Source of the DNA: a virus
Virus record (IMG/VR): IMGVR_UViG_3300043353_000042
Span: 1-64,000 of that record
DNA length: 64,000 nucleotides
Direction: 5' to 3' (one strand)
Shown: piece by piece, positions 1 through 9,295 of the stretch
How the letters are laid out: each line of letters opens with the position of its first letter
Numbering within the stretch: position 1 is the stretch's first letter
Made by a program: the position numbers and the translations under genes
The notes under the pieces: generated by a model
Database searches by the model: none
Told to the model about the DNA's origin: nothing
Seen by the model: only the letters and a program-made list of their open reading frames with translations

Positions 1-38
1 GGATCAACCCCCGCACCGGTCTGCCCGAATACGATCGC

Positions 39-2132
39 ATGGTCGAGGGCATCGGCGTGCAAGCGGCACCCGATGAAGTGTTGTCGATCGACCCCTCAAC
101 GATCACGTTTCGTGTCGATGCCCTGTTCGAGCAAGGCGGCAGCCTTGGCGATCACACCGGGCGCCAAGTGCGAATATTCATGATCACTCCGGCTGACGCT
201 GGCAACACGGCGGATGTCGCGATCGAGATCTGCGACGTCGTCTTCAGCAGCGGACAAAACCAGATCACGACCGCGGGCCTCTTGGGCCAGACGGACCCGT
301 TTAGCGACCCAAGCTTCTATGTTACGCAGCTGATCGGCCTGACAGTGCTTCGAGACACGGCGACCAACAAGCCGAGCTTGAATCCCGAAAGCGTCTTTTT
401 CCTTGGCACAGTCGAGGGCAACGGCGGCACTCCTGTCACGTTCGACATCACGGGGCAGGGTGTCATTCAGGCGCAGTCGGCCGACGAAGTTACGGTCGAC
501 GCGCTCGGAGATTGGGCAGACAGCACGTCGAACCCGGGCGGGACGGCGCAACAGGTCTTCGAGAAGATCGTCGCGGATCTAACCTCGACGTCGGGCGGTC
601 GGGGCGCAGCGAAGCTCACAGCGCCTGCGCTGCCCAATTGGGCCGACGGCACAACGAACCCGGCCGACATCTTGAGCGACGCTTTGACGAAAGTGGTCGA
701 CGATCTGACCTCGACGACGGGTGATCGCGGTGCGGGCAAGCTGACGGCGGCAGCGCTCGCCGACTGGGCCGACGGCACAACGAATCCAGCTGACACAACA
801 CAGCTGGTCGTCGGCGGCATCGTCGACGCGCTGACTTCGACGTCGGGCGGTCGAGGCGCAGCGAAGCTCACAGCGCCTGCGCTGCCCAATTGGGCCGACG
901 GCACAACGAACCCGGCTACCAGCGTGGCAGCACAGCTCACAAAGATCGTTCACGATCTGGCGAGCGCGGGCGGCGCATCGAAGGTTGAGGCCGACGCAGT
1001 CGCCGGCTACCCGATCAACGTCACCGCCGACAACCTTCAGAATTTCTTGAGCGGGATCCTGCTACGCCTCAATCAGTCGCTTGTTGGGGCCAAGCAGACA
1101 GCCGAAGGCGTGGGCCTGCAGACGCTGAAACAGGTGTACGTCAACCCGACCTATCCGATCTATTCGCTCGCGCACTCGACCAACTCGCTCGGCTCTACGG
1201 CGATTCTAATTGCAGTCGGTGACGGCGGAACGATTCTCGTGCGTAATCAGGGCGCGCAATGGATACAGCGCTTCCCGGACTTCGGCTACACGTCCGGCTT
1301 TAGACAGGTCGTGAACGGCACACTTGGATGGGTGGCCGTCGGCGACGGCGGCTATATTCAGACGAGCTCGGACACCGTCAATTGGACGGCGCGGAAGTTC
1401 ATCGGCAACAACCTGGTGGCCGTAACCTACAAGGCGAATGGGACCGCGACCTACTGCGCAGTGGGCTTAGGCGGCGACATTTGGACGTCGACGAATCTGA
1501 CGACGTGGACACAGCAGACGCTTCCGGGCGGTGCGAGCGACGACGTCGTCGCTGTCTGCGCTGGCATCGTGAAGGGCACGAACTCGTTTTCAACACAGAT
1601 CTTCGTCGCAACGACCGCAACCGGCAAAGTGTATTCGAGTCCGGACGGGGTCACGTGGACGCTGCGCGCCACCATCACAGGCACGACGCCGAAGTTTTTG
1701 GACCGCATGCTGCAGAACAGCAGTCGGTTCGGTTACGTCGCGCTCTTCACGCGCGCCAGCGACACTGAGATCGGTGTCGCGTATTCGGACGACGGGATCA
1801 CTTGGACGTTCTCGACATCGGGCGTAACGAGCGCCTTCGACGAGCCCAGCATCCGGCTTGCCATGCTCGACGAAAGCATCGCGTACCTGTCGACTGAAGA
1901 CAGCGTGGCGACGCCGTATGTGCTGAACGCGGTTCAGGTCGGCGGCAACTCAATCCGTCCGGGCGTTGCGAGTAGCGGGCAAAATATCTACGGGATCGGC
2001 GAGTGCTTGCCCTTCGGAGCGACGAACGTCAACGGCACTCTGTTCGTAGTCGGGTGCGTCGACAGCGGTGACGGCGTGATCTTGAGCGGCGCACCGTTCA
2101 GGCCGACATACAACACGCTGCCCACGACCTGA
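39..2132 (+). CDS. tail fibre / receptor-binding protein with 4 x ~42-aa tandem repeats and an Asp-box propeller-like C-terminal region
   Basis: 697-aa ORF. Repeats WADGTTNPA...LTSTSGGRGAAKLTAPAL. Asp-box-like motifs SSDTVNWT, SSPDGVTWT, YSDDGITWT, TSTNLTTWT. Confidence 0.55.
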   Translation: MVEGIGVQAAPDEVLSIDPSTITFRVDALFEQGGSLGDHTGRQVRIFMITPADAGNTADVAIEICDVVFSSGQNQITTAGLLGQTDPFSDPSFYVTQLIGLTVLRDTATNKPSLNPESVFFLGTVEGNGGTPVTFDITGQGVIQAQSADEVTVDALGDWADSTSNPGGTAQQVFEKIVADLTSTSGGRGAAKLTAPALPNWADGTTNPADILSDALTKVVDDLTSTTGDRGAGKLTAAALADWADGTTNPADTTQLVVGGIVDALTSTSGGRGAAKLTAPALPNWADGTTNPATSVAAQLTKIVHDLASAGGASKVEADAVAGYPINVTADNLQNFLSGILLRLNQSLVGAKQTAEGVGLQTLKQVYVNPTYPIYSLAHSTNSLGSTAILIAVGDGGTILVRNQGAQWIQRFPDFGYTSGFRQVVNGTLGWVAVGDGGYIQTSSDTVNWTARKFIGNNLVAVTYKANGTATYCAVGLGGDIWTSTNLTTWTQQTLPGGASDDVVAVCAGIVKGTNSFSTQIFVATTATGKVYSSPDGVTWTLRATITGTTPKFLDRMLQNSSRFGYVALFTRASDTEIGVAYSDDGITWTFSTSGVTSAFDEPSIRLAMLDESIAYLSTEDSVATPYVLNAVQVGGNSIRPGVASSGQNIYGIGECLPFGATNVNGTLFVVGCVDSGDGVILSGAPFRPTYNTLPTT
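585..916 (+). repeat. 80-bp near-perfect direct repeat (585-664 and 837-916) inside the fibre gene
   Basis: TCGACGTCGGGCGGTCG(G/A)GGCGCAGCGAAGCTCACAGCGCCTGCGCTGCCCAATTGGGCCGACGGCACAACGAACCCGGC occurs twice, 252 bp apart, with 1 mismatch. Confidence 0.9.
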
Positions 2133-2161
2133 CCTGAACTCTTGAAAGGAGCTTTCGGACC

Positions 2162-2647
2162 ATGACCCTGTATGAATCGATCCAGGACATCAACGAGCGG
2201 CTAACCGCCGCTTCGCGGCAGCGGATCGCCAATGCGCGTGATCCGTCGAAGGCTGTCGCGGTCGACGATAAGGCGATCGACGCCGACACCAAGCAGCGCG
2301 TCACGCATTATCGCGACGTCGCAAAGCAGTTTCTGACGGTGTACTTCGATCCGTCGCTCGTGAAGGACGGCGAGTCCGTGCTCGTCGCGCTGTATCGGCT
2401 CGTCGGCGGCGAGCCGCCGTATCAACGGGTCAAGTGCGGGCCGATCATGGACGGGCTCTTAGAGTACGAGATCGCGTTCAGCGACGAAGGCGATCTGATT
2501 CTCATGCGCGACGAGTCGATCGCGTGGGCGTGCAAGGCGCTCGGCTTCACGTCGGAGGTCGTGCCCGGATGGGAAGTGACGACGCTGCCGACCGGTCACC
2601 ACATGCTGTGCAAGAAGCAACAGTCCGCGGAGGTACCCCATGGATGA
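2162..2647 (+). CDS. hypothetical protein
   Basis: 161-aa ORF with GC-rich third positions, starting 30 nt after the fibre stop. No motif recognised. Confidence 0.5.
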   Translation: MTLYESIQDINERLTAASRQRIANARDPSKAVAVDDKAIDADTKQRVTHYRDVAKQFLTVYFDPSLVKDGESVLVALYRLVGGEPPYQRVKCGPIMDGLLEYEIAFSDEGDLILMRDESIAWACKALGFTSEVVPGWEVTTLPTGHHMLCKKQQSAEVPHG

Positions 2648-3065
2648 CGGCGTGTTCGATATGTTGCAAAAGTACGTGCTTCCGCACTGGCCGTTCGTGT
2701 TCATGTCGTTCGCGCTCGGCACGATTGGGCAGTTTTTCAAGAAGCAGGTTTGGACGCTCGACCGTGCGATCAAAGACGGCAAGTTTTGGGCGTTCATGCA
2801 CAGCACGCTCGGCATTCACGCGCCTGTTGTCGGCGCGCTCGCGGGCGCGCTCGGGATGCCAGCGTCGCCGGGCGTGAATGGCTGGCTTGCCCGGGCCCTG
2901 TATCACTTCGTCGCGGGCGCCATGGCGGCGTGGACGGTCGCAGCGTTCAAGCACTTCATGGCGTCGCGCGGCATCGTGCTTGCCGAGTCGATGGTGCCGC
3001 CGCCAAGGATCGATATCGACGAAAAGGCGCTGCCCGTTCCGCCGCCCCCTGCAGGTCGGCCATGA
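2640..3065 (+). CDS. membrane protein, holin candidate
   Basis: 141 aa with three hydrophobic helices (WPFVFMSFALGTIGQFF, APVVGALAGALGM, FVAGAMAAWTVAAF). Start overlaps the previous stop. Confidence 0.4.
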   Translation: MDDGVFDMLQKYVLPHWPFVFMSFALGTIGQFFKKQVWTLDRAIKDGKFWAFMHSTLGIHAPVVGALAGALGMPASPGVNGWLARALYHFVAGAMAAWTVAAFKHFMASRGIVLAESMVPPPRIDIDEKALPVPPPPAGRP

Positions 3066-3451
3066 TGACGACCGTTGTGCTCGCGTGGTTGTCGCGCGCA
3101 TGGGGCGTGATCGTGGCCGCTGCAAAGTGGCTTTGGTCGCATCCCGTCGCGCTCGCGGGTGCAGTCGGCACGGTCGTCGGCGCCGTGCTGATGGTGCGCT
3201 CGAAGAAGAACCAGATCGATCGGCTGTCCGACGCGCTCGAAGTGCAGCGCATACGGGCGAATGTCGCAGGCAACGAGGCCAAGGCCGAAGCGCTCACGGC
3301 GCAGGCAGACCACAGTGCGCAGGAAGTCGCAGCCATACGCACCGACATCGCAGCGAGCAAACGGCGTGCCGCCGAACTCGCTCATGCTACGAACTTAGAG
3401 GGCAAGACCGATGCAGAAGTCGCGAAGTTGTTTTCGGACGCTGGTCTGTGA
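3062..3451 (+). CDS. membrane-anchored coiled-coil protein (spanin-like candidate)
   Basis: Internal ATG of ORF 2750..3451, forming an ATGA overlap with the stop at 3065. N-terminal TM segment followed by an Ala/Glu-rich coiled coil. Confidence 0.4.
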   Translation: MMTTVVLAWLSRAWGVIVAAAKWLWSHPVALAGAVGTVVGAVLMVRSKKNQIDRLSDALEVQRIRANVAGNEAKAEALTAQADHSAQEVAAIRTDIAASKRRAAELAHATNLEGKTDAEVAKLFSDAGL

Positions 3452-3902
3452 ATGCACGATCGTGCTCGTCGTAGGCGCTGTCAGCTCGCCACGGGCGCGC
3501 GCGTGCGAGACGACGACGACTGCACGTCCCGATTCCACCTGCGTCGTGCTCGACCGACAGGGCGCCAAAGGCGTGTGGTTTCAGCTCGCCCTTGCGGACG
3601 AATTGCGCACATCGCATCAGTTGATCCCAGAGCTTCGCTTGCAGCTGGAAAAATACAGCGAAGCCGACAGGAAACAGACCGATGAAGTCGCAGCGTTGCG
3701 AGGGGCGCTGACGTTACGTCAGCTTGCGACCGACCAACTGAAGGCCGAAGTCGACGCGGCGACCAAAGAGGCGCGCGCCGCGCAGGACGACGCTACAGCG
3801 GCCCGACAGGAGCTCGACCGATGGTGGCGCTCGCCGTTCCTGTGGCTAAGCGTAGGCGCGCTCGCAGGCGCGCTCGTAGGCATAGCCATCGCAAATCACT
3901 GA
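3411..3902 (+). CDS. coiled-coil protein with C-terminal TM segment
   Basis: 163-aa ORF overlapping the 3' end of the previous gene. C-terminal FLWLSVGALAGALVGIAIA. Start uncertain. Confidence 0.35.
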   Translation: MQKSRSCFRTLVCECTIVLVVGAVSSPRARACETTTTARPDSTCVVLDRQGAKGVWFQLALADELRTSHQLIPELRLQLEKYSEADRKQTDEVAALRGALTLRQLATDQLKAEVDAATKEARAAQDDATAARQELDRWWRSPFLWLSVGALAGALVGIAIANH

Positions 3903-3996
3903 ACGAATGATCGACGGAGTACTCGACCGCGTAGCTGTATTTTTCTGACTAGCAGCGAGCCGTGAAGCGCGGATGCACAGGGCACCGGGTAGCTAG

Positions 3997-5475
3997 TTGC
4001 CTGTGGCCGTCAAGCTGACCATCTCGAACCGGTTCGTGCACGTGGACGGCGTCGACCTAAAGACGCTGCGCGCGCTCGACGCGGCGTGCTCCTACCGCGT
4101 GGCGGGCTACTGGTTTTCCCCCGCCTACAAGTCGCGGCGATGGGACGGCAAAGAGCACCTTTTCAAGTTCACGCAGAAGAAGGGCTATCACGCGCCGGCT
4201 GGCATGGCCGAAGACATCGCGCGCGTGCTCAAGAAGCGCGGCGTCGACTACCGCGTGAAGTTCGAGACGGGCTTCCACAGCGAGCGCCAGCGCTTCACGT
4301 GGTCGAAGTCGGTCGAGCTCCGGGACTACCAGCGCGAAGCCGTGCGCGGGCTCCTGACCGGTGTCGTGCCCGGGCGTGGCGTGCTGAAGATGCCGATCCG
4401 TTCAGGGAAGACCAAGGTGGTCGCGCGCGCTTTGTACGAGATCGGACGACGCGCGCTCTTCGTCGTGCCGTCTCGGTGGCTTCTGCATCAGACGATCGCG
4501 AGCTTGCACGAGTGCATGCCTGACGCACCGATCGGTCAGATCGGTGACGGCGTGTACGACGTGCAGTTCTTCACGGTCGCGACGATCCAGACGCTCGCGA
4601 CGATGGCGCCTGTGCGTAAGACGGCGCGCAAAGCAGGGCGCGAAGCGCATCCCGACTACGCGACGCTGATGACGAGCTTCGACGTCGGCGTGTTCGACGA
4701 AGCGCATCACGTGCGCGGTGAAGGCGATTGGTATCGCGTCTTCGTCGACCTCGACGCGCGCTTCAAGATTGGCGTGTCGGCAACGGTGTTCTTCGACAAC
4801 ACCAAAGAGCAAGAGTCAGGGATCATCTGGCTGCGCGGTACGTGCGGCGGCATTCGCTACGAGGTGTCGGCCTCGCGGCTGATCAAGGCGGGCTACTTGC
4901 TTCCGCAGCACGTGAAGATGTTCCGCGTGCACGAACCTGACGACGTGCGCAGCGCGCGCTACAGCGCGACGCTCAAGAAGAAGTGCATCACGGAGAACGC
5001 GCATCGCAACGTCATGATCGCGCGCATCGTGCGCGACTACGCGCCGCGTAAGACCATCATCATCGCGCGCGAGCACGCGCACATCAAAGCGATCTGCGAC
5101 GCGCTCGAAGAGCTCGACGTGCGCTTCAGGGTGCTGACTGGCAAGACGCCACACGATCAGCGCATGGACTACGTCGACGAGTTCACGGGCAAGGGCGACC
5201 TGCACGTGCTCGTCGGCAACGTGCTCGGTGAAGGCGTCGACATCCCGGACGTCGAGATCGTCGTGAACGCGGAAGGCGGCAAGGACGAAAAGCAGACGTG
5301 GCAGCGCCAGCGCAATCTGACAATCGTCGAAGGCAGCACGAAGGTTCCCGAGCTCGTCGACTTCTACGACTGCATGTCGAGCGTCTTCGAGAAGCACAGC
5401 AAGGCCCGGCTGAAGGTGTACCGGTCGGAGTCGGAGTTCAGCGCAGAGGTGCTCGAATGTTCCGCCGACGATTAG
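3997..5475 (+). CDS. superfamily-2 DEAD/DEAH-type helicase (type III restriction Res-like)
   Basis: Walker A PIRSGKTKV, motif II FDEAHH, motif III SAT, C-terminal helicase block VLVGNVLGEGVDIPDVEIVV. TTG start. Confidence 0.85.
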   Translation: MPVAVKLTISNRFVHVDGVDLKTLRALDAACSYRVAGYWFSPAYKSRRWDGKEHLFKFTQKKGYHAPAGMAEDIARVLKKRGVDYRVKFETGFHSERQRFTWSKSVELRDYQREAVRGLLTGVVPGRGVLKMPIRSGKTKVVARALYEIGRRALFVVPSRWLLHQTIASLHECMPDAPIGQIGDGVYDVQFFTVATIQTLATMAPVRKTARKAGREAHPDYATLMTSFDVGVFDEAHHVRGEGDWYRVFVDLDARFKIGVSATVFFDNTKEQESGIIWLRGTCGGIRYEVSASRLIKAGYLLPQHVKMFRVHEPDDVRSARYSATLKKKCITENAHRNVMIARIVRDYAPRKTIIIAREHAHIKAICDALEELDVRFRVLTGKTPHDQRMDYVDEFTGKGDLHVLVGNVLGEGVDIPDVEIVVNAEGGKDEKQTWQRQRNLTIVEGSTKVPELVDFYDCMSSVFEKHSKARLKVYRSESEFSAEVLECSADD

Positions 5476-6947
5476 GCAAGAAGGTCGACCGCAAAGAGCG
5501 CAAGAAGGCCGCGCCGGAGCAATACCCGGACGAAGGCCCGTGCCCGCTCGCCGAAGCTTACGGGCAGCTGTCACGGCCTGCGTTCGCTATTTGGATCCGC
5601 ATGTCGGTCGCGCCACGGGCCGAGCTACGCATCGGCCGGGCGAAGCTGTCGCGCTTGCTCGGCTACTCGCGCCGTCAAGGTGACGAGCTCTTGCGCGAGC
5701 TCGAACGCAAGGGCTTCGTGACGTTCATTGCACACGGTCCGTACCGTCGCACGGTGGTCGTGATCACCCGCAAGCCGCTCTTGGAACAGGGTCACAGTTT
5801 CACACGGTTTTCCGCGCTTCTGTTCTCGCCCATTTCAGAGATGCATTTTCGAGAACTGGGATCGCGGAAATCCATGTCGGTGGATCCTCCTAACAGCCAT
5901 GGTTTTATACGTGGGTTCACATCGTTACCCAAAAAAGTCAGTCAGTTACCAGAAAAGTTCACACAGTTACCCGTTTCGCCACGCACTTACCAATGCCCGA
6001 TCGAGTCACTTCATAAATCCATGGCTCCTGACGCTGCGCGCAGAACAGAAACCGGGGTGAAAATGGTCGCTTCAACGCCACGTGTAAAGCGCCGCAAGTT
6101 TGTAGCCGAAGACCGCTATTTCGACGAATCACTTGCGTATAGAGATCTAATTGGATCTATAAGATCTGAAGAATTAGAGAGAAGACGATTACTACGAAGT
6201 AGTAATCGCGCAAGACGCGATGTCCGCAACGCGGCGAACCGTGCCCGGGGAATCGAAGTGCTCGATTGGAACGACCTCGATGTCGTGACGTTCGATCCTC
6301 GACGCTCGAAGCATCGGCTCATGTGCACCTTGCTCGCTCGCAAGCCCCGGGATCCGGAACGGGCGGCGCTCGTGAAGCGACTCGAAACAGAGTTCTGCAG
6401 GCTGTACACGCGCTACCGACGTGCGGCCGAGCGAGCGAGCGGGCGCCCGGTGGTCACTTACGAGGTGACGAAGAAAGAGCGCAAGTATGCGGCGGCGGCC
6501 GGGGCCCTGTGCGTGCAGCGAGGCGTCACACCGCGTCAGCTCATGGAGTTTTGGCATGCGAACCTGAAGCACTTCAGGCGCGCGGCGAACATGCAGGTGC
6601 CGACGCTTTCGTTTTTGTCGGGCCCTGCGAACATCGACACCGTTGCGTGCGGGCTCGTGCTTGACGAGACTGCGCCCGGTGGAGCTCGCATCGGGACGAG
6701 TGATCCGGAAGACAACGGCGCGCGACCAAAGGCCGGCAACAGCTTCAGCGACACGACTCGGCTGGACGCTCGTTTGCGAAAAGGACTCGAAGGGGCCGGA
6801 TTTTCCACGCGCGAGCTGAATGATCGGTACCTGCTGACCGTGCAGAAGAACGCGCTCGGGATTGCCAACGGTCGGGACATATTCATCGGCAAGGGGTCCT
6901 TGCGCGATATGTCTCTGTGGGCAGCGAGAACCCTGTATGCGAAGTGA
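5457..6947 (+). CDS. replication initiator candidate with winged-helix N-terminal domain
   Basis: ATG at 5457 inside ORF 5298..6947. MarR-like LGYSRRQGDELLRELERKGFVTFI. Contains three direct iterons and an AT-rich patch. Lies between helicase and loader genes. Confidence 0.5.
   Translation: MFRRRLGKKVDRKERKKAAPEQYPDEGPCPLAEAYGQLSRPAFAIWIRMSVAPRAELRIGRAKLSRLLGYSRRQGDELLRELERKGFVTFIAHGPYRRTVVVITRKPLLEQGHSFTRFSALLFSPISEMHFRELGSRKSMSVDPPNSHGFIRGFTSLPKKVSQLPEKFTQLPVSPRTYQCPIESLHKSMAPDAARRTETGVKMVASTPRVKRRKFVAEDRYFDESLAYRDLIGSIRSEELERRRLLRSSNRARRDVRNAANRARGIEVLDWNDLDVVTFDPRRSKHRLMCTLLARKPRDPERAALVKRLETEFCRLYTRYRRAAERASGRPVVTYEVTKKERKYAAAAGALCVQRGVTPRQLMEFWHANLKHFRRAANMQVPTLSFLSGPANIDTVACGLVLDETAPGGARIGTSDPEDNGARPKAGNSFSDTTRLDARLRKGLEGAGFSTRELNDRYLLTVQKNALGIANGRDIFIGKGSLRDMSLWAARTLYAK
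5915..5972 (+). repeat. three direct iteron copies inside the initiator gene
   Basis: GTTCACATCGTTACCC (5915), GTCAGTCAGTTACC (5937), GTTCACACAGTTACCC (5957), spaced 20-22 bp. Degenerate copy AGTTTCACACGGTTTTCC near 5800. Confidence 0.75.
6120..6215. other. AT-rich patch with AGATCT repeats, a DNA-unwinding element candidate
   Basis: TATAGAGATCTAATTGGATCTATAAGATCTGAAGAATTAGAGAGAAG stands out from GC-rich surroundings, ~150 bp downstream of the intragenic iterons. Confidence 0.4.
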
Positions 6948-7635
6948 GGTCGAGTGCGATGCGTTTGCGACAGTCACGATCGAACAGCTTGGCGAGGATG
7001 ATCCGCGCTGTCTCTATCGCGTGGCTTGCTACGAGGCGTGCGTGCCGCGCACGTTTTGGGGCGTGGTCGGCAACGATGTCACGTACAACGAAAGTGTCTT
7101 CCGCTCGATCGTGGTGCGCTACAGGCGCCGGCTCAAGCGTGCATTGCGAAGCGGCTACTCGCTTCTGTTCGTCGGCGACAACGGCGTCGGCAAGACGATG
7201 TTCATGTCGTACCTGCTCACGCAAGCGCTCAAGCGCGGATTCACCGCGTACTACACCACGCTTACGCAGCTCGACGCGGACATCAAGCGCGGGTTTCGCG
7301 ATCGCGAGGCAGACCTTCGCTTGCAAGCCATGCTCGAAAGCGACTTCGTTGCGATCGACGAAGTCGGCAAAGAGAGATTCAAGCCCGACAGCTTCACGAC
7401 GTCGCAGTTTGAGTCGTTTCTCAAGAGGCGCTACGACGACGGCGAGCCTGTGCTTCTTGGCTCGAACGCGGCGCATGACGACCTATGCAAGATGTATGGC
7501 GCCACGATCGAGAGCATGATCGACGGGCGCTATCAGGTCGTGTCGCTCGAACCGGGCGACTGCAGGCGCGACCACAAGCGACAGATGAAGCAGGCCATGC
7601 GCTTCGGGGGCAAAATGACCAATGACCGAGCCTAG
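6937..7635 (+). CDS. DnaC/IstB-like AAA+ helicase loader
   Basis: Walker A GDNGVGKT and Walker B FVAIDEVG. ATG at 6937 overlaps the upstream stop. Confidence 0.7.
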   Translation: MRSEVECDAFATVTIEQLGEDDPRCLYRVACYEACVPRTFWGVVGNDVTYNESVFRSIVVRYRRRLKRALRSGYSLLFVGDNGVGKTMFMSYLLTQALKRGFTAYYTTLTQLDADIKRGFRDREADLRLQAMLESDFVAIDEVGKERFKPDSFTTSQFESFLKRRYDDGEPVLLGSNAAHDDLCKMYGATIESMIDGRYQVVSLEPGDCRRDHKRQMKQAMRFGGKMTNDRA

Positions 7636-7849
7636 CGAAACTATAGATCATCCAGCGCACTATGGCGGCGACACAGTCTATGAAGCGATCAAGGTCATTG
7701 AGGCGTGGTCGCTCGGTTTCTGTTTGGGAAACGCCGTCAAGTACATCTGTCGGAATGGCGAGAAGAATGGCACGCGCGCGCTTGATGATCTGAGAAAAGC
7801 ACGTTGGTATCTCGACCGCGAGATCCGAAAATTGGAAGCGGGAAAGTAA
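7622..7849 (+). CDS. DUF3310-like small phage protein
   Basis: HPAHYGG...EAIKVIEAW...GNAVKYICR...DLRKARWYL pattern typical of that family. Confidence 0.6.
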   Translation: MTEPSETIDHPAHYGGDTVYEAIKVIEAWSLGFCLGNAVKYICRNGEKNGTRALDDLRKARWYLDREIRKLEAGK

Positions 7850-7855
7850 CCGCAC

Positions 7856-9295
7856 TTGGACTTCGATGCAGCCTACGAAGACGCCGTACTTGCGGAATCG
7901 CTGCGCGACGAAGCCTTCCTGAAGCGGGCGGCGCGTGTGTGCTCCGAGCACCATTTCGCGACCAAGGAACGTGCGTGGCTGTGGGGCGTCATTCACGCGA
8001 ACTGGACGAAGTACCACGAACGCACGTCGGGGAAGATCGTCGCGTCACGTGCGCGCCGGGACTTCGACAAGGCAGAGAAGCGCAAGCCCTACTTGCTACT
8101 GGCGCGCAAGGTGTTCCGGACGCGCTCGAAGAATCCGCAAGCCGTGCTCGAAGAGCTCGAACGCTTCGTGCGCCACGTGAATGTGCAGCTTGCGATCGAA
8201 GAGTCGGCGACGCTCTTAGAGAAGGGCAAGATCGACGACGCCGAACTGGCCATAGCAAAGGCCTCGCGTTCGGTCGCGCGTACGCGCGCGTACACGCACA
8301 TTCGGTGGATCGAAGAGTTCCCGGAGCGACAGGCGCAGCGCAAGTACGAGCGCGAACATCCTGACGAGTTCACCACGATCCCGCTCGGGTTCCCTCGGAT
8401 CGATAAGACGCTTTCAGGCGGCGGGCGCAAGGGCGAGCTCGCGCTTATCATGGGCACGACGGGCCGGGGCAAGTCGATCTTCCTGACGAACAGCGCACAG
8501 GCGTGTGTCGCGCGTGGCTACAAGGCGATCTATTTCGGCTTCGAGATGCCGGCACGACAGATCGCAGCGCGTCAAGACTCACGTTGGACGGGCCTGCAAT
8601 ACTCGAAGTTCAAGGGTTACGACTTCAAGCCGAGCGAGCTGCGCACCGTGCGCAGGCGCCTGAAGAAGGCTCGAAAGCAGTTTCGTAACCGGCTGCACAT
8701 CGTGTCGATGCCCGTGCGCAGCGCGACGATTCAGGACGTGCGCAACGCGATCGAAGACCTGCGACAGGATCACGGGTTCGAGGCCGATGCGATCTTCTTG
8801 GACAGCGCCGATCACCTGCGCGCGCTCGACACCTACGGTGGCAACTTTCGATTGCAGCAAGCCGAAGTGTATTGGGCCGCGAAGGAGCTCGCCGAAGAAG
8901 ACGGCTACTTCGTCATGAGCTCGACACACGCCGGGCGTGAATGGGCGACCAAGGTGGCGACGGCAGAAGCGTCGAGCGAGGCATACGACAAGAGCCGAAT
9001 CGCGGACATGGTCATGTCGATCAACGACCCGGCCGAGATGAAGCGCAAGGGCCGCAAGACGGTACTTGCAGACGATGACGACGACTTCGAAGACGACGGC
9101 GACGAGATCGGCGAGCCCACCGTCAAGGAAGGCGCGAGGCTGATGGAGCTGTATCTAGGAAAATATCGCGACGGCGACTCGCGTTTCAAAGTGAACGTCG
9201 AGTGCGACTTCGCCTGCATGACGATGAAAGAAGTCAAGGAAGGCGACGCCCATGATGACGACAGCGACGACAGCGACGGCAAAGACGAGAAGTGA
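7856..9295 (+). CDS. DnaB-like replicative helicase with acidic C-terminal tail
   Basis: Walker A GELALIMGTTGRGKS and Walker B-like AIFLDSADHL. DnaB-N-like N-terminus. C-terminus DDDDDFEDDGDE...DDSDDSDGKDEK. Confidence 0.75.
   Translation: MDFDAAYEDAVLAESLRDEAFLKRAARVCSEHHFATKERAWLWGVIHANWTKYHERTSGKIVASRARRDFDKAEKRKPYLLLARKVFRTRSKNPQAVLEELERFVRHVNVQLAIEESATLLEKGKIDDAELAIAKASRSVARTRAYTHIRWIEEFPERQAQRKYEREHPDEFTTIPLGFPRIDKTLSGGGRKGELALIMGTTGRGKSIFLTNSAQACVARGYKAIYFGFEMPARQIAARQDSRWTGLQYSKFKGYDFKPSELRTVRRRLKKARKQFRNRLHIVSMPVRSATIQDVRNAIEDLRQDHGFEADAIFLDSADHLRALDTYGGNFRLQQAEVYWAAKELAEEDGYFVMSSTHAGREWATKVATAEASSEAYDKSRIADMVMSINDPAEMKRKGRKTVLADDDDDFEDDGDEIGEPTVKEGARLMELYLGKYRDGDSRFKVNVECDFACMTMKEVKEGDAHDDDSDDSDGKDEK

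Noticed and set aside
39-2132. Diversity-generating retroelement acting on the tail fibre
   Set aside because: No reverse transcriptase motif (YxDD) is present in any ORF. There is no template repeat matching the fibre C-terminus elsewhere in the window.
2640-3902. Calling this a complete lysis cassette
   Set aside because: Only membrane and coiled-coil proteins are present. No endolysin-like catalytic motif was recognised, so the holin and spanin labels stay low-confidence.
3940-3996. Weak cassette resemblance (GTGAAGCGCGGATGC) upstream of the helicase gene, and GGTTGAAGTTGCGC at 63987-64000
   Set aside because: Only 8-10 nt resemble the core. There is no -10-like hexamer at the right distance and no A-tract.
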